Assembly (NCBI GenBank): GCA_963846575.1
Contig: CAWJWJ010000001.1
Span: 128,001-192,000, forward strand
Length of the DNA stretch: 64,000 nt
Source: an uncultured Nitrospiraceae bacterium
GTDB taxonomy: Bacteria > Nitrospirota > Nitrospiria > Nitrospirales > Nitrospiraceae
Direction of reading: 5' to 3'
Below, piece by piece: positions 37,584 to 46,718 of this stretch. Numbering within the stretch: the first letter of the stretch is position 1; every line of letters begins with the position of its first letter. The notes under the pieces were generated by a model. The model searched no databases and was not told where the DNA came from. It saw nothing but the letters and a program-made list of their open reading frames with translations. The position numbers were made by a program, and so were the translations under genes.

Positions 37584-39833
37584 CTAAGACGTCCCCTGAT
37601 TAAGACGTCGATATTCCCCATAACTGCGCAAGACTCGCTTCACGTACAACCGCGTTTCCTGATAGGGAATAAGCTCAACAAACTCATCTTGATCCCTTCC
37701 GCGGTGCATGGCGATCCAGTTATTTACGGCAATTGGGCCGGCATTATAGGCCGCGACGGCATAGGCCAGATTACCTCCATATTGCTCCAGTAACTGGCCG
37801 AGGTACCGGACACCCAACTGAATATTGGTTTCACGGTCAAACAATTCCTCCCGACCTACTGCGGGGAACCCATGCCGCCGTGCCACCGCATTCGCCGTGA
37901 CTGGCATCAGCTGCATCAATCCCACCGCTCCCACCACAGAAAGGGCCTTTTCATCATATTGACTTTCCTCGCGAATGATCGCCGCGGCCAGGTAGGGATC
38001 GACTGCCGCCACACCTTGTGCGGCAATGGTGGGAAGCAGGCCCGTCGGATAGGCCACTGTCCAGAGTGCAGGAGCTGTCGGCAACCCGCTTCGTTCCAGC
38101 TTTTCTCGAAAATAGACTTTGGCCACACGTAGCGCTGGGTGATACGCTCCCACTTCACTGAGCAACGTTGAGAAGGCCAGGAGTACGTCCTGATCTCGAC
38201 TGTATTGTTCCGTCAAAAACCCCAGTTCTCGAGCCGCCTCCTGAGCGAATCCCAAGGTCTTGAGCTCCATACCCCGTTGATAAACCACATGACGTTCGAT
38301 CTCGGGCCGACGATTTTCAGGCAAACGCTCACGCTCCTTGCCCAGAGGAGTTTCCGGCGACGTCGCAATAGGAGCGGCCACCGGCAAGGCAACCCTGCGC
38401 CCGGCTAACTGACAATAGTAACTAAAGGCAAACCGCTGGCAGACTCGTGAATAATCCTCGATGGGAGCAGTATTGTGTTCGTGTTCCGTGGCTCGTGCGG
38501 CCCAATACAATGCCTGAGGCTCGAACCCGTTCACATGCATCTCGACTACGGCCCGAAACGTCCCGGCTGCGTCCCGATACCGGGCCGTCCGATATTGCAC
38601 CCATCCTGCACGCCACAATCCTTCCGCGCGCTGGCTCGCGGACTCGCCGAATCTCGCCACCTGCCGGTACATACCGATCGCCTCGTCAAATCGTCCCTCA
38701 TCTTCGAACCACACACCTGCAAACAGATGAACCTGCGCCCGCTGATCACCGCTAAGGGGACTCTGCGACACGGATCGAGCCAACTCGGTGAGTTTGTTTC
38801 CCTGATTTTGTCGCAGATACACCCGTGCCAGCCAGACAGTGGCTTCTGAAGATTCCTGGACACGCTCGGCAGCCAAGTTGCGGAAGGTCTCCCGTGCCTG
38901 GTCATATTGCTTGAGCCGAACATAGGCGACACCCAGCTTGAGTCGGGCATCAAACCGTCGAGGATGCTCCGGGCTCAAGGCGAGGAAACGGCGGAGTTCA
39001 TCAACTGCTTCACTTTGCATAGCCAGGGCCAGGTACGCCTGGGCACGGAGCGAGTGGTCTTCAGCGGTCGGTGCCCAGGCTTCACCCCCCAGTCCCACAT
39101 CCAGACGCGCCTTCGCTTCGCGTGCTTCGGGGGCTTGGGGGTACCGCAACCAGAGATGCTTCATGGCGGCGCGCGCTTCCGGAATTCGGTTTTCCCGAAG
39201 GTGGCACTCAGCTTGATGCCACAAGGCCAGTGGAGCAGCCGGGTCCTTGTCCCCGCTAGCCACTGCTCGCTCCAGCCAGTCCACCGCGCGGAAACAAACA
39301 TTCGCGGCGTACCAGGCCTCACCTGCGCGGAACGCGGCTTTCGTGAGCAGATTCGAGTCCGGCATCAGCTTGGGGATTGTCTCAAATAATTCCGCGGCCT
39401 GAATCGGTTCATTGAGCCGGAGGAGCGATTCTCCAATCCAAAGCCGAAGATAATCGTCCAGGATCGGAAGGTCCGGTTGAGCCGCACGAAGAAGCTTCAG
39501 GGCCTCTGCGGGATCCGACTCGGTCAAGAGCACGCCAAGAACCACGCCGGCTCGTTTCGCCCATATAGTAGAAGGATAGAGCTCCCTCACCGACCCAAGC
39601 TGATCGACTTTCAACTTCAGGGCCTGCTCGCGCTGCACGGCCGAGCCGGAACGTTCGTTGATTTTTACCGCTGAACGGAAACAGTCTTCGGCGGTATCAC
39701 AGCCGGGAGGGGCAGTTGGCGGGAGGGTCGGTGAATCTGCAATGGCCAACAACACCCCCGACAGCAGCAAACAGGCTCCGAGGGCCGTTAATATTGTTCG
39801 GGAAGCCAGTGGGGTCACAATCTCGTCCTGCAC
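37584..39833 (-). CDS. Soluble lytic transglycosylase (Slt-like) with TPR repeats
   Basis: Signal peptide, TPR helices, IIREES, GAVGLMQLM, AAYNAG, ETRLYV. Confidence 0.92.
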   Translation of the reverse strand: MQDEIVTPLASRTILTALGACLLLSGVLLAIADSPTLPPTAPPGCDTAEDCFRSAVKINERSGSAVQREQALKLKVDQLGSVRELYPSTIWAKRAGVVLGVLLTESDPAEALKLLRAAQPDLPILDDYLRLWIGESLLRLNEPIQAAELFETIPKLMPDSNLLTKAAFRAGEAWYAANVCFRAVDWLERAVASGDKDPAAPLALWHQAECHLRENRIPEARAAMKHLWLRYPQAPEAREAKARLDVGLGGEAWAPTAEDHSLRAQAYLALAMQSEAVDELRRFLALSPEHPRRFDARLKLGVAYVRLKQYDQARETFRNLAAERVQESSEATVWLARVYLRQNQGNKLTELARSVSQSPLSGDQRAQVHLFAGVWFEDEGRFDEAIGMYRQVARFGESASQRAEGLWRAGWVQYRTARYRDAAGTFRAVVEMHVNGFEPQALYWAARATEHEHNTAPIEDYSRVCQRFAFSYYCQLAGRRVALPVAAPIATSPETPLGKERERLPENRRPEIERHVVYQRGMELKTLGFAQEAARELGFLTEQYSRDQDVLLAFSTLLSEVGAYHPALRVAKVYFREKLERSGLPTAPALWTVAYPTGLLPTIAAQGVAAVDPYLAAAIIREESQYDEKALSVVGAVGLMQLMPVTANAVARRHGFPAVGREELFDRETNIQLGVRYLGQLLEQYGGNLAYAVAAYNAGPIAVNNWIAMHRGRDQDEFVELIPYQETRLYVKRVLRSYGEYRRLNQGTS

Positions 39834-39894
39834 AGGGGGTAAACCGAGATCATTATAGCGTAACGCGCCACAAACGCGATCAGCTTCGCCTTGC

Positions 39895-39924
39895 TTGTCA
39901 CAAGTTTTTTCCCTGTGCTAGGCT
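39895..39924 (+). promoter_or_regulatory. sigma70 promoter for rlmN (leaderless candidate)
   Basis: TTGTCA, 18 nt, TAGGCT with TGn extension; ATG 6 nt downstream and no SD. Confidence 0.65.
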
Positions 39925-39930
39925 CCGGCT

Positions 39931-41022
39931 ATGAATCACCAGAACGACAGTCGGATGACTCTCCTCGCTTTGACTGAACACGGGACGGCCGAATTCGTCT
40001 CTTCACTCGGCTGGCCGGCTTTCCGCACCCAACAAATCTTGCGCTGGCTGCACCAGGAGCGTATTCACAACTTCGCCGCCATGACGAACCTGTCGCGAAA
40101 GGAACGCGACTATCTGACCGAGCGCTGCGTCGTCGGGAGAACCTCCGACGTTCAGATTTTCGCATCTCAGGACGGCACAAGAAAATTCGTACTGACCCTG
40201 TCCGACGGTAAACAAGTCGAGTGCGTTCTGATCCCCGACATGGATCGGCTCACGCTGTGCCTGTCCACCCAGGTGGGCTGCACACTCGACTGCGGGTTTT
40301 GCCTGACCGGCATGCTCGGGCTTCAGCGCAATCTCCGCGCCCACGAGATTATCGACCAAGTGCTCCTTGTTCAAGATCACCTGGGCACAGGCGAACGAGT
40401 GACTAATCTCGTGTTTATGGGTATGGGGGAACCTTTGGCCAATCTCGACGCGGTAGCCGACGCCGTCGCGCGTCTGACCAATCAAACTTGGGGCCTAGGA
40501 TTCTCGCCTCGCCGGATCACGATCTCCACGGCGGGGCTGGCGTCGCGCATCAAAGACGTGGCCCCGCTGAAGGTGCACCTGGCTATTTCATTGAATGCGA
40601 CGACCGACGAACTCCGGCACCGGATCATGCCCGCTGCCAACCGGCTCCATACGCTCCAGGCTCTGCTCGCTGCTTGCCGCGCATATCCGCTTGCGGAGCG
40701 CGATCGTCTCACCTTCGAATATGTACTGCTCGCGGATGTGAACGACCAGGCTGACGACGCCGCGCGGCTCATCAAATTACTCCGAGGCCTCCGTTGCAAA
40801 GTAAACCTTATTGCATTCAACCCGTTTCCAGGGAGCCCCTACCGACGCCCATCGGATGCGGCGATCGAAACCTTTCAGGACATTCTGCGCAAGGGTCATG
40901 TGGACGTGTATCTCCGCCGCAGTCGAGGTCGCGATGTGCTGGGGGCCTGCGGACAGCTGGGCCGGATTGTTGACGGAACGCCGGCTCCTGTTGCCTTGAC
41001 ACAGATTGAAACCCGTTGTTAG
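39931..41022 (+). CDS. rlmN: Dual-specificity RNA methyltransferase RlmN
   Basis: CLSTQVGCTLDCGFCLTG, FMGMGEPL, FEYV, ACGQL. Confidence 0.97.
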   Translation: MNHQNDSRMTLLALTEHGTAEFVSSLGWPAFRTQQILRWLHQERIHNFAAMTNLSRKERDYLTERCVVGRTSDVQIFASQDGTRKFVLTLSDGKQVECVLIPDMDRLTLCLSTQVGCTLDCGFCLTGMLGLQRNLRAHEIIDQVLLVQDHLGTGERVTNLVFMGMGEPLANLDAVADAVARLTNQTWGLGFSPRRITISTAGLASRIKDVAPLKVHLAISLNATTDELRHRIMPAANRLHTLQALLAACRAYPLAERDRLTFEYVLLADVNDQADDAARLIKLLRGLRCKVNLIAFNPFPGSPYRRPSDAAIETFQDILRKGHVDVYLRRSRGRDVLGACGQLGRIVDGTPAPVALTQIETRC

Positions 41023-41036
41023 CATGTTCTTCGTAC

Positions 41037-42428
41037 ATGCCTGAACTGAATACAGCCCCCAATTCATTGCCCACGGGCTGGTCCGTCCTAGTCCTTTCAT
41101 TCCTTCTCCTCGTCCTTGCCATTGTCCATCCCCTTCCGGCCTATTCGGTCGAACCCAAAGAATTTATTTTGTCCAATGAGATGAAGGTCATCCTGGTGGA
41201 AGTGCCAAAAGCTCCCGTCGCCACCGTCCAGGTCTGGTACAAGGTGGGATCTCGCAACGAAGTCATGGGACGGGCGGGATTGTCCCACATGCTGGAACAT
41301 ATGATGTTCAAAGGCACGGCGAAGTACCCGAAGGGAACATTCTCGCGGCTTGTTCGCAAAAATGGGGGAATGGATAATGCTTTTACCAGCCAGGATTTCA
41401 CCGCCTACTTTGAAAACCTGGCTGCCGATCGCGTCACTTTGGCACTCGAACTTGAAGCCGATCGGATGCAGGGACTGATTCTCGACGCCAACGAATTCAA
41501 GACCGAGAGGGAGGTTGTCAAGGAGGAGCGGCGTCTTCGTAATGAAGATGATCCGCAAGGCGCGCTGGTCGAAGCTCTTTTCGCGCAGGCGTTCATGAGC
41601 CATCCCTATCATTGGCCGGTGATCGGATGGTTCTCCGACCTGGACGCAATGAGCCTCGACGACCTGCAACGCCATTATGACACCTACTACTCGCCGAACA
41701 ACGCCACGTTGGTCGTCGTCGGCGACATCAAAGCGGACACCTTGCTTCCGACGATCGCCAGGCTGTTCGAACCCATTCCCAAAGGTCCGTCGCCCAAACC
41801 GCTGACTGTCACTGAGGGCCAACAGCGAGGCGAACGTCGCTTCCTCTTGAAACGTGAAGCACAAGTGCCGTTCGTGATGATGGGATACCGCGCGCCTAAT
41901 TTCGTCAGCGACGATTCTTATGCCTTGAACGTGCTCGAGTCTATTCTGTCCCACGGCAAGAGCGCACGACTGTATCGAAGTCTTGTGTACGAGCAAAAAA
42001 CGGCGCTGGCGGTGGGAGCAGACTACGGCTTGATGCAGGCTGATCCGGGATTGTTTTACTTCTATGCAGTGGTGAAGCCTGGCGAAAAGTTCGAGGTCGT
42101 GGAGGATGCCATTATCAAGGAGATCCACCGGCTCCAGACCGAGCCGCCGAGCGAACTGGAACTCCAGCGCGCAAAAAACCAAATCGAAGCCTCCCACATT
42201 TTCGAACAAGATTCGAATTTCCGGCAGGCCATGTTGCTGGGAGAGGCCGAGACCATCGGAGCGGGGTGGCGTAAGGTTAATCAGTTTGTGGAACGCACCC
42301 GCGCCGTCACAGCACAGGACGTCCAGCGGGTTGCGTCGCAATACCTGACCGCGGACACGCGTACCATGGGGACCCTGATTCCCCAACCACCCCAAGTACA
42401 GTCGGCTCCGCCGACCCAATCCCACTAG
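41037..42428 (+). CDS. M16 family zinc peptidase, catalytic subunit
   Basis: HMLEHMMFKG (HxxEH), NAFTSQD, EERR, YYSPNNA; signal peptide. Confidence 0.92.
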   Translation: MPELNTAPNSLPTGWSVLVLSFLLLVLAIVHPLPAYSVEPKEFILSNEMKVILVEVPKAPVATVQVWYKVGSRNEVMGRAGLSHMLEHMMFKGTAKYPKGTFSRLVRKNGGMDNAFTSQDFTAYFENLAADRVTLALELEADRMQGLILDANEFKTEREVVKEERRLRNEDDPQGALVEALFAQAFMSHPYHWPVIGWFSDLDAMSLDDLQRHYDTYYSPNNATLVVVGDIKADTLLPTIARLFEPIPKGPSPKPLTVTEGQQRGERRFLLKREAQVPFVMMGYRAPNFVSDDSYALNVLESILSHGKSARLYRSLVYEQKTALAVGADYGLMQADPGLFYFYAVVKPGEKFEVVEDAIIKEIHRLQTEPPSELELQRAKNQIEASHIFEQDSNFRQAMLLGEAETIGAGWRKVNQFVERTRAVTAQDVQRVASQYLTADTRTMGTLIPQPPQVQSAPPTQSH

Positions 42429-42441
42429 CGAGCCAGCCGCG

Positions 42442-43824
42442 ATGATTCGACCATACAGGACGTTACGGACGCACCGATTCTCCGGCCCCCATGCTGCAGC
42501 CCTACTCATGCTGGGGGTGTTCTGCGCCACACTCAGCCTTCCATTCGCCCCTGCGCGCGCCGCTGAGATCGTTCCCACCCGCAGTGTCACGGCGAACGGC
42601 ATCACGGTGTTGTTCCTTGAGCAGCATTTCATCCCTACAGTGGAGATTCATGCGCTCGTAAAGGTGGGATCGGCCCAGGATCCAGCCGACAAAGCCGGCC
42701 TCGCCAATCTCACTGCCAGCCTCCTGGACGAGGGCACTTTAAGCCGCAGCGCTCGACAATTCGCCGAACAAATCGACTTTGTGGGAGGCTCCCTCGCAGC
42801 CCATGCGGCAGAAGACTTCACCACCGCCTCAGCCCGCGTGCTCAAGAAGGATGCCGATTTAGGCTTCTCACTCCTGGCCGACATGCTCCAACACCCCGCA
42901 TTCCATAAAGATGAGTTTGAGCGGGTCCGCACTCAAATCTTGGGTGAGATCATCAGCGATGACGATGACCCCGGGAATGTGGCCATGAAGGCGTTCCATC
43001 AGCTAATTTTCCACGGACATCCATACAGCTGGCCGGCCCAGGGTACCGAAGACACGCTGAATAAAATCACCGTGGCCGATCTCCAGCAGTTTCATGCCAG
43101 GGAATACCTGCCCAACCAGACGATCCTCGTTATTGTCGGCGATCTCACCCAGGAGCAGGCGACAACGCTCGTTCAAAACCATTTCGGATCATGGAGAAAA
43201 GGTCCGCCCCCACCCTCCCTGGTTAAAAAACCCGCTCCCATCGAACGGAAAATGGTTCAGCTCATCGAGAAGGATTTGACGCAGTCGACCATCGTCCTCG
43301 GACATACAGGGATCAGTCGGACCAATCCGGACTACTACGCCGTCACGGTTATGAACTATATTTTAGGCGCCGGCGGCTTCTCGTCACGACTCATGGATTC
43401 GATTCGAGACAAGCAGGGACTCGCGTACGGCATCATGAGTCATTTCGATACCCGTTTGATGCCGGGTGCGTTCTTCATCAATCTACAGACAAGAACCGAG
43501 TTTACTAATCAGGCCATTAGCGGAGTTTTAGCGGAGGTGAAGGGAATCCGTGATGCCCAGGTGACGGATCAGGAACTCAACGAAGCCAAGTCATTCATCA
43601 TCGGCAGTTTCCCGCTGCGGGTGGATTCCAGTGCGAAGCTGGCGAACGTCCTGGCCCAGGTGGAGTTTTATAATCTGGGATTGGATTACTTCACGCAATA
43701 CCCCAAGGCCATCGAGAAAGTGACGAAAGAAGACGTCCTGCGTGCAGCCAAACAGTACCTTGATCCCCAACACTACGCCCTGGTGGTCGTCGGGTCGATC
43801 GCGAAAGCCAAAGTTAAACAGTAG
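42442..43824 (+). CDS. M16 family peptidase, non-catalytic subunit
   Basis: M16 fold with ANLTASLLDEG in place of HxxEH; GGFSSRL...IRDKQGLAY. Confidence 0.9.
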   Translation: MIRPYRTLRTHRFSGPHAAALLMLGVFCATLSLPFAPARAAEIVPTRSVTANGITVLFLEQHFIPTVEIHALVKVGSAQDPADKAGLANLTASLLDEGTLSRSARQFAEQIDFVGGSLAAHAAEDFTTASARVLKKDADLGFSLLADMLQHPAFHKDEFERVRTQILGEIISDDDDPGNVAMKAFHQLIFHGHPYSWPAQGTEDTLNKITVADLQQFHAREYLPNQTILVIVGDLTQEQATTLVQNHFGSWRKGPPPPSLVKKPAPIERKMVQLIEKDLTQSTIVLGHTGISRTNPDYYAVTVMNYILGAGGFSSRLMDSIRDKQGLAYGIMSHFDTRLMPGAFFINLQTRTEFTNQAISGVLAEVKGIRDAQVTDQELNEAKSFIIGSFPLRVDSSAKLANVLAQVEFYNLGLDYFTQYPKAIEKVTKEDVLRAAKQYLDPQHYALVVVGSIAKAKVKQ

Positions 43825-43866
43825 CCGGCGATGCGATAGCCGGTCCGCATTAGAGACTGAATTCCC

Positions 43867-44688
43867 ATGGCTCCCACAACCCAACTGACCACCAAAATCT
43901 TCCGGGCTCGTCACCTTCTCCGTGAAATGGGATCCGTCGTCGTTGCGTTCTCCGGCGGCATCGACAGTTCGCTGGTGCTGAAATTGGCTCATGGCGAGCT
44001 GGGGAAGAAAGCCATCGGGGTCACTGCGGTTTCTCCAACGTTTCCCGCGATCGAGCTCGAAACGACGCAGCGAATCGCCGCGGAGATCGGGGCGAGTCAC
44101 CGCATTGTTGAAACAGACCAATTGGAAATCCCAGAGTTTGTCCGCAACGACGCCACGCGCTGTTATCACTGCAAAACGGATCTGTATACGCTCCTGAGCA
44201 CGATACGCGGCGAATATGCGGCAAGCTGCATTGTCGACGGCACCAACGTGGATGATCTGGGAGATGACCGGCCCGGACTCAAGGCTGCCCGGGAGTGGGG
44301 CGTTCGCAGTCCCTTACTGGAAGCCGACTTTTCAAAGGCGGATATTCGTGAGGCGGCAAGAGCACTCTCCCTCTCCAATTGGGAAAAACCGGCCGCAGCC
44401 TGTCTCTCTTCACGAGTACCGCGCGGGATCACCATTACAAAAGCCATCCTGTCACGCGTAGAGCAGGCGGAAGCAGTCCTGGCCAGCGAGGGATTCCGCC
44501 AATACCGCGTACGAGATCACGGAGACATTGCCAGGATAGAACTCGCAATGGCAGAACTGCCGGGCTTGATCCATCCAGGTCGACGTGAGCGACTGGCCGC
44601 AGCCCTGAAAGATCTGGGATACCGCTTCGTCACCCTCGATTTGGAAGGATACCGCCAGGGAGGCGTGAGCCTCACCCCCCCGGCGTAG
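43867..44688 (+). CDS. larE: LarE family ATP-dependent sulfur insertase
   Basis: AFSGGIDS PP-loop, RCYHCK, DGTNVDD, RPG, ACLSSR, RVRDHG, TLDLEGYR. Confidence 0.92.
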   Translation: MAPTTQLTTKIFRARHLLREMGSVVVAFSGGIDSSLVLKLAHGELGKKAIGVTAVSPTFPAIELETTQRIAAEIGASHRIVETDQLEIPEFVRNDATRCYHCKTDLYTLLSTIRGEYAASCIVDGTNVDDLGDDRPGLKAAREWGVRSPLLEADFSKADIREAARALSLSNWEKPAAACLSSRVPRGITITKAILSRVEQAEAVLASEGFRQYRVRDHGDIARIELAMAELPGLIHPGRRERLAAALKDLGYRFVTLDLEGYRQGGVSLTPPA

Positions 44689-44692
44689 TCGA

Positions 44693-45205
44693 CTAATTCC
44701 GGCTTTGGTAGGTTTTTGAGAGGGCGTCCAAGGCTTCGTCCGCCAACCGGCGATGATCAGCTTCCGTCAGTGCCCGTCCCACGACTTTCTCCGCCACCAT
44801 CAATGCCAAGTCGGTGGTCTGCGACCGGATATCCTGCACCGCCTTGCGGCGTTCCTGCTCAATCTCGCGAGTCGCATCTCCCTTGATCCTCTCGGCATCC
44901 ACCGTCATACGCTGCTCGTTTTCTTCCATCAACCGCTGGGCCCGCTCCTTGGCCTGCGTCAGCAACGCTTCTGCATCCTTCGCTGCCGTCGCCAGTTTGG
45001 CTTCATATTCCCTCAGCTTGCGCTCGGCTTCTGAGCGGTGTCGTTCAGCCTGATCGAGGCTGTCCTTGATCTTTTTCTCTCGCTCTTCGAGCATACCCAA
45101 CAGGCTTGGGAACGCATACTTGTAGAGCAAGAAAAATAGAATCCCGAAGGAGAGGATCTCCCAGAAGATCAGCGATGAAAAGAAATGCGATTCAAATTGA
45201 GGCAT
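44693..45205 (-). CDS. atpF: F0F1 ATP synthase subunit b
   Basis: N-terminal TM plus long coiled coil; follows atpE. Confidence 0.93.
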   Translation of the reverse strand: MPQFESHFFSSLIFWEILSFGILFFLLYKYAFPSLLGMLEEREKKIKDSLDQAERHRSEAERKLREYEAKLATAAKDAEALLTQAKERAQRLMEENEQRMTVDAERIKGDATREIEQERRKAVQDIRSQTTDLALMVAEKVVGRALTEADHRRLADEALDALSKTYQSRN

Positions 45206-45280
45206 AGTCTAAGTATCCAACTTGGTTGAGGGTTCTGAGCCGGGTCAGAATGCCGGCACCAGGGCTCCCCATCGATGCAA

Positions 45281-45511
45281 TTACTTGCGTAAGCCCATGA
45301 TGATGAATGCAATGACCAGCCCGTACAGGGCGATCGCTTCGACCAGCGCGAATCCGATCCACATGTATTTACCGACGCGCCCCTCCGCTTCCGGCTGACG
45401 AGCCACGGCTTCGATCATTTTCCCGAAGATATACCCGATTCCCACACCCGCTCCGGCGAACCCCGCCGCCGCCAATCCCATGCCCACTAACGCTGCTGCT
45501 GCTGCATCCAT
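45281..45511 (-). CDS. atpE: F0F1 ATP synthase subunit c
   Basis: GAGVGIG, ARQPE, LVEAIALY. Confidence 0.97.
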   Translation of the reverse strand: MDAAAAALVGMGLAAAGFAGAGVGIGYIFGKMIEAVARQPEAEGRVGKYMWIGFALVEAIALYGLVIAFIIMGLRK

Positions 45512-45546
45512 TGTTTGACCTTCCTCCCTTATGTAGACAACGCGAC

Positions 45547-46296
45547 TTAGTGTGCGTGCTCGCTATGACCGTGCAGGGTGACCGCATCCCCTAGATACAC
45601 ACAGCTCAACACGGTGAATATATATGCTTGAATAAACGCAATGCCGACTTCGAGACCGTTCATGGCAATCGTAAATGCAAAGGGGAGCCATCCGATCAAT
45701 AATCCGCCGCTGATTGCCAGACCGAACAGCACGCCGAGAATGACGTGGCCGGCGGTCATATTAGCAAACAACCGTACCGCCAGCGAGATGGGCCTCGCCA
45801 ATTGACTGATTAACTCGATCGGGATCATCAACGGCAGGAGCCAGCCCGGTGTCCCGGGCGGCACGAGAATACCGAGGAACTTCATCCCATGCAGGGAAAA
45901 GCCGAGCACCAGACTCAGCCCGTACACCCCCACCGCGAAGACCGCCGTCACAATAATTTGACTGGTGACCGTATAGGATCCCGGAATCAAGCCGAGGAGA
46001 TTGGCAAAGAGAATAAAGAGAAACAACGTACCGATCAGCGGGAAGTATTTCATCCCCGGCTCGCCCATCGTATCCAAAATAATCCCACGAATGAACTCCA
46101 CGATCAGTTCAGCCATGTTTTGCAATTTGCCGGGAACCAACTTACGAGCCGTGGCCGCCGAGATCATTAAGAAGGCAACCAGACCCACGACGATCCACAT
46201 CAGGACGACGGCTTTGTTGATGGAGATATCAATCCCTGCTGGAACCAGCGGAATCAACTCGTGCAATTCAAAAGCATGTAGCGGACTTTCTTCCAC
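45547..46296 (-). CDS. atpB: F0F1 ATP synthase subunit a
   Basis: NLLGLIP, SLAVRLFANMTAGH, IQAYIF. Confidence 0.97.
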   Translation of the reverse strand: MEESPLHAFELHELIPLVPAGIDISINKAVVLMWIVVGLVAFLMISAATARKLVPGKLQNMAELIVEFIRGIILDTMGEPGMKYFPLIGTLFLFILFANLLGLIPGSYTVTSQIIVTAVFAVGVYGLSLVLGFSLHGMKFLGILVPPGTPGWLLPLMIPIELISQLARPISLAVRLFANMTAGHVILGVLFGLAISGGLLIGWLPFAFTIAMNGLEVGIAFIQAYIFTVLSCVYLGDAVTLHGHSEHAH

Positions 46297-46325
46297 GATG
46301 ATCCTTTTTCAGTCGGTCGATCGGG

Positions 46326-46544
46326 TTATCTCTGCCAGCGCTGTGCCGATCGATAGGCACCCCTGATGCCGGCTGCAGCTCCCAATACCAACCCGGCCAC
46401 CATTCCCCATGGACTGGACCCCAGGAGATAGGTATCGATGACCCAGCCCAGCCCTCCCCCGACGATCAACGCAGCGAGCAGTTCCGTCCCAATCCGGACA
46501 GCCTGTCCGAGCCCCGCATATAACGGATCCTGAGAGGGGGGCAT
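46326..46544 (-). CDS. AtpZ/AtpI family protein
   Basis: Two TMs, GGGLGWVIDTYL...PWGMVAG; first gene of the atp unit. Confidence 0.88.
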   Translation of the reverse strand: MPPSQDPLYAGLGQAVRIGTELLAALIVGGGLGWVIDTYLLGSSPWGMVAGLVLGAAAGIRGAYRSAQRWQR

Positions 46545-46718
46545 ACGTGCTCACGCGCGGCACCCTTCAGCACAATGTGACAGGGTGCACCCATCGGCGG
46601 GCGCGCCATTCAAGCAAATTCGCTGGGGCCTTGTCAAGAAGTTGGCTGGCTATGACCAAGCCGCTCGATACGGTATAGTCTTTTTCGTAGAGATCACGGT
46701 CCCGTTCAGCATGGAATC

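Noticed and set aside
41097..42632. 511-aa antisense ORF and other long shadow ORFs (e.g. 50360-51463, 58923-59666)
   Set aside because: They lie opposite well-supported genes and are expected from high-GC codon bias.
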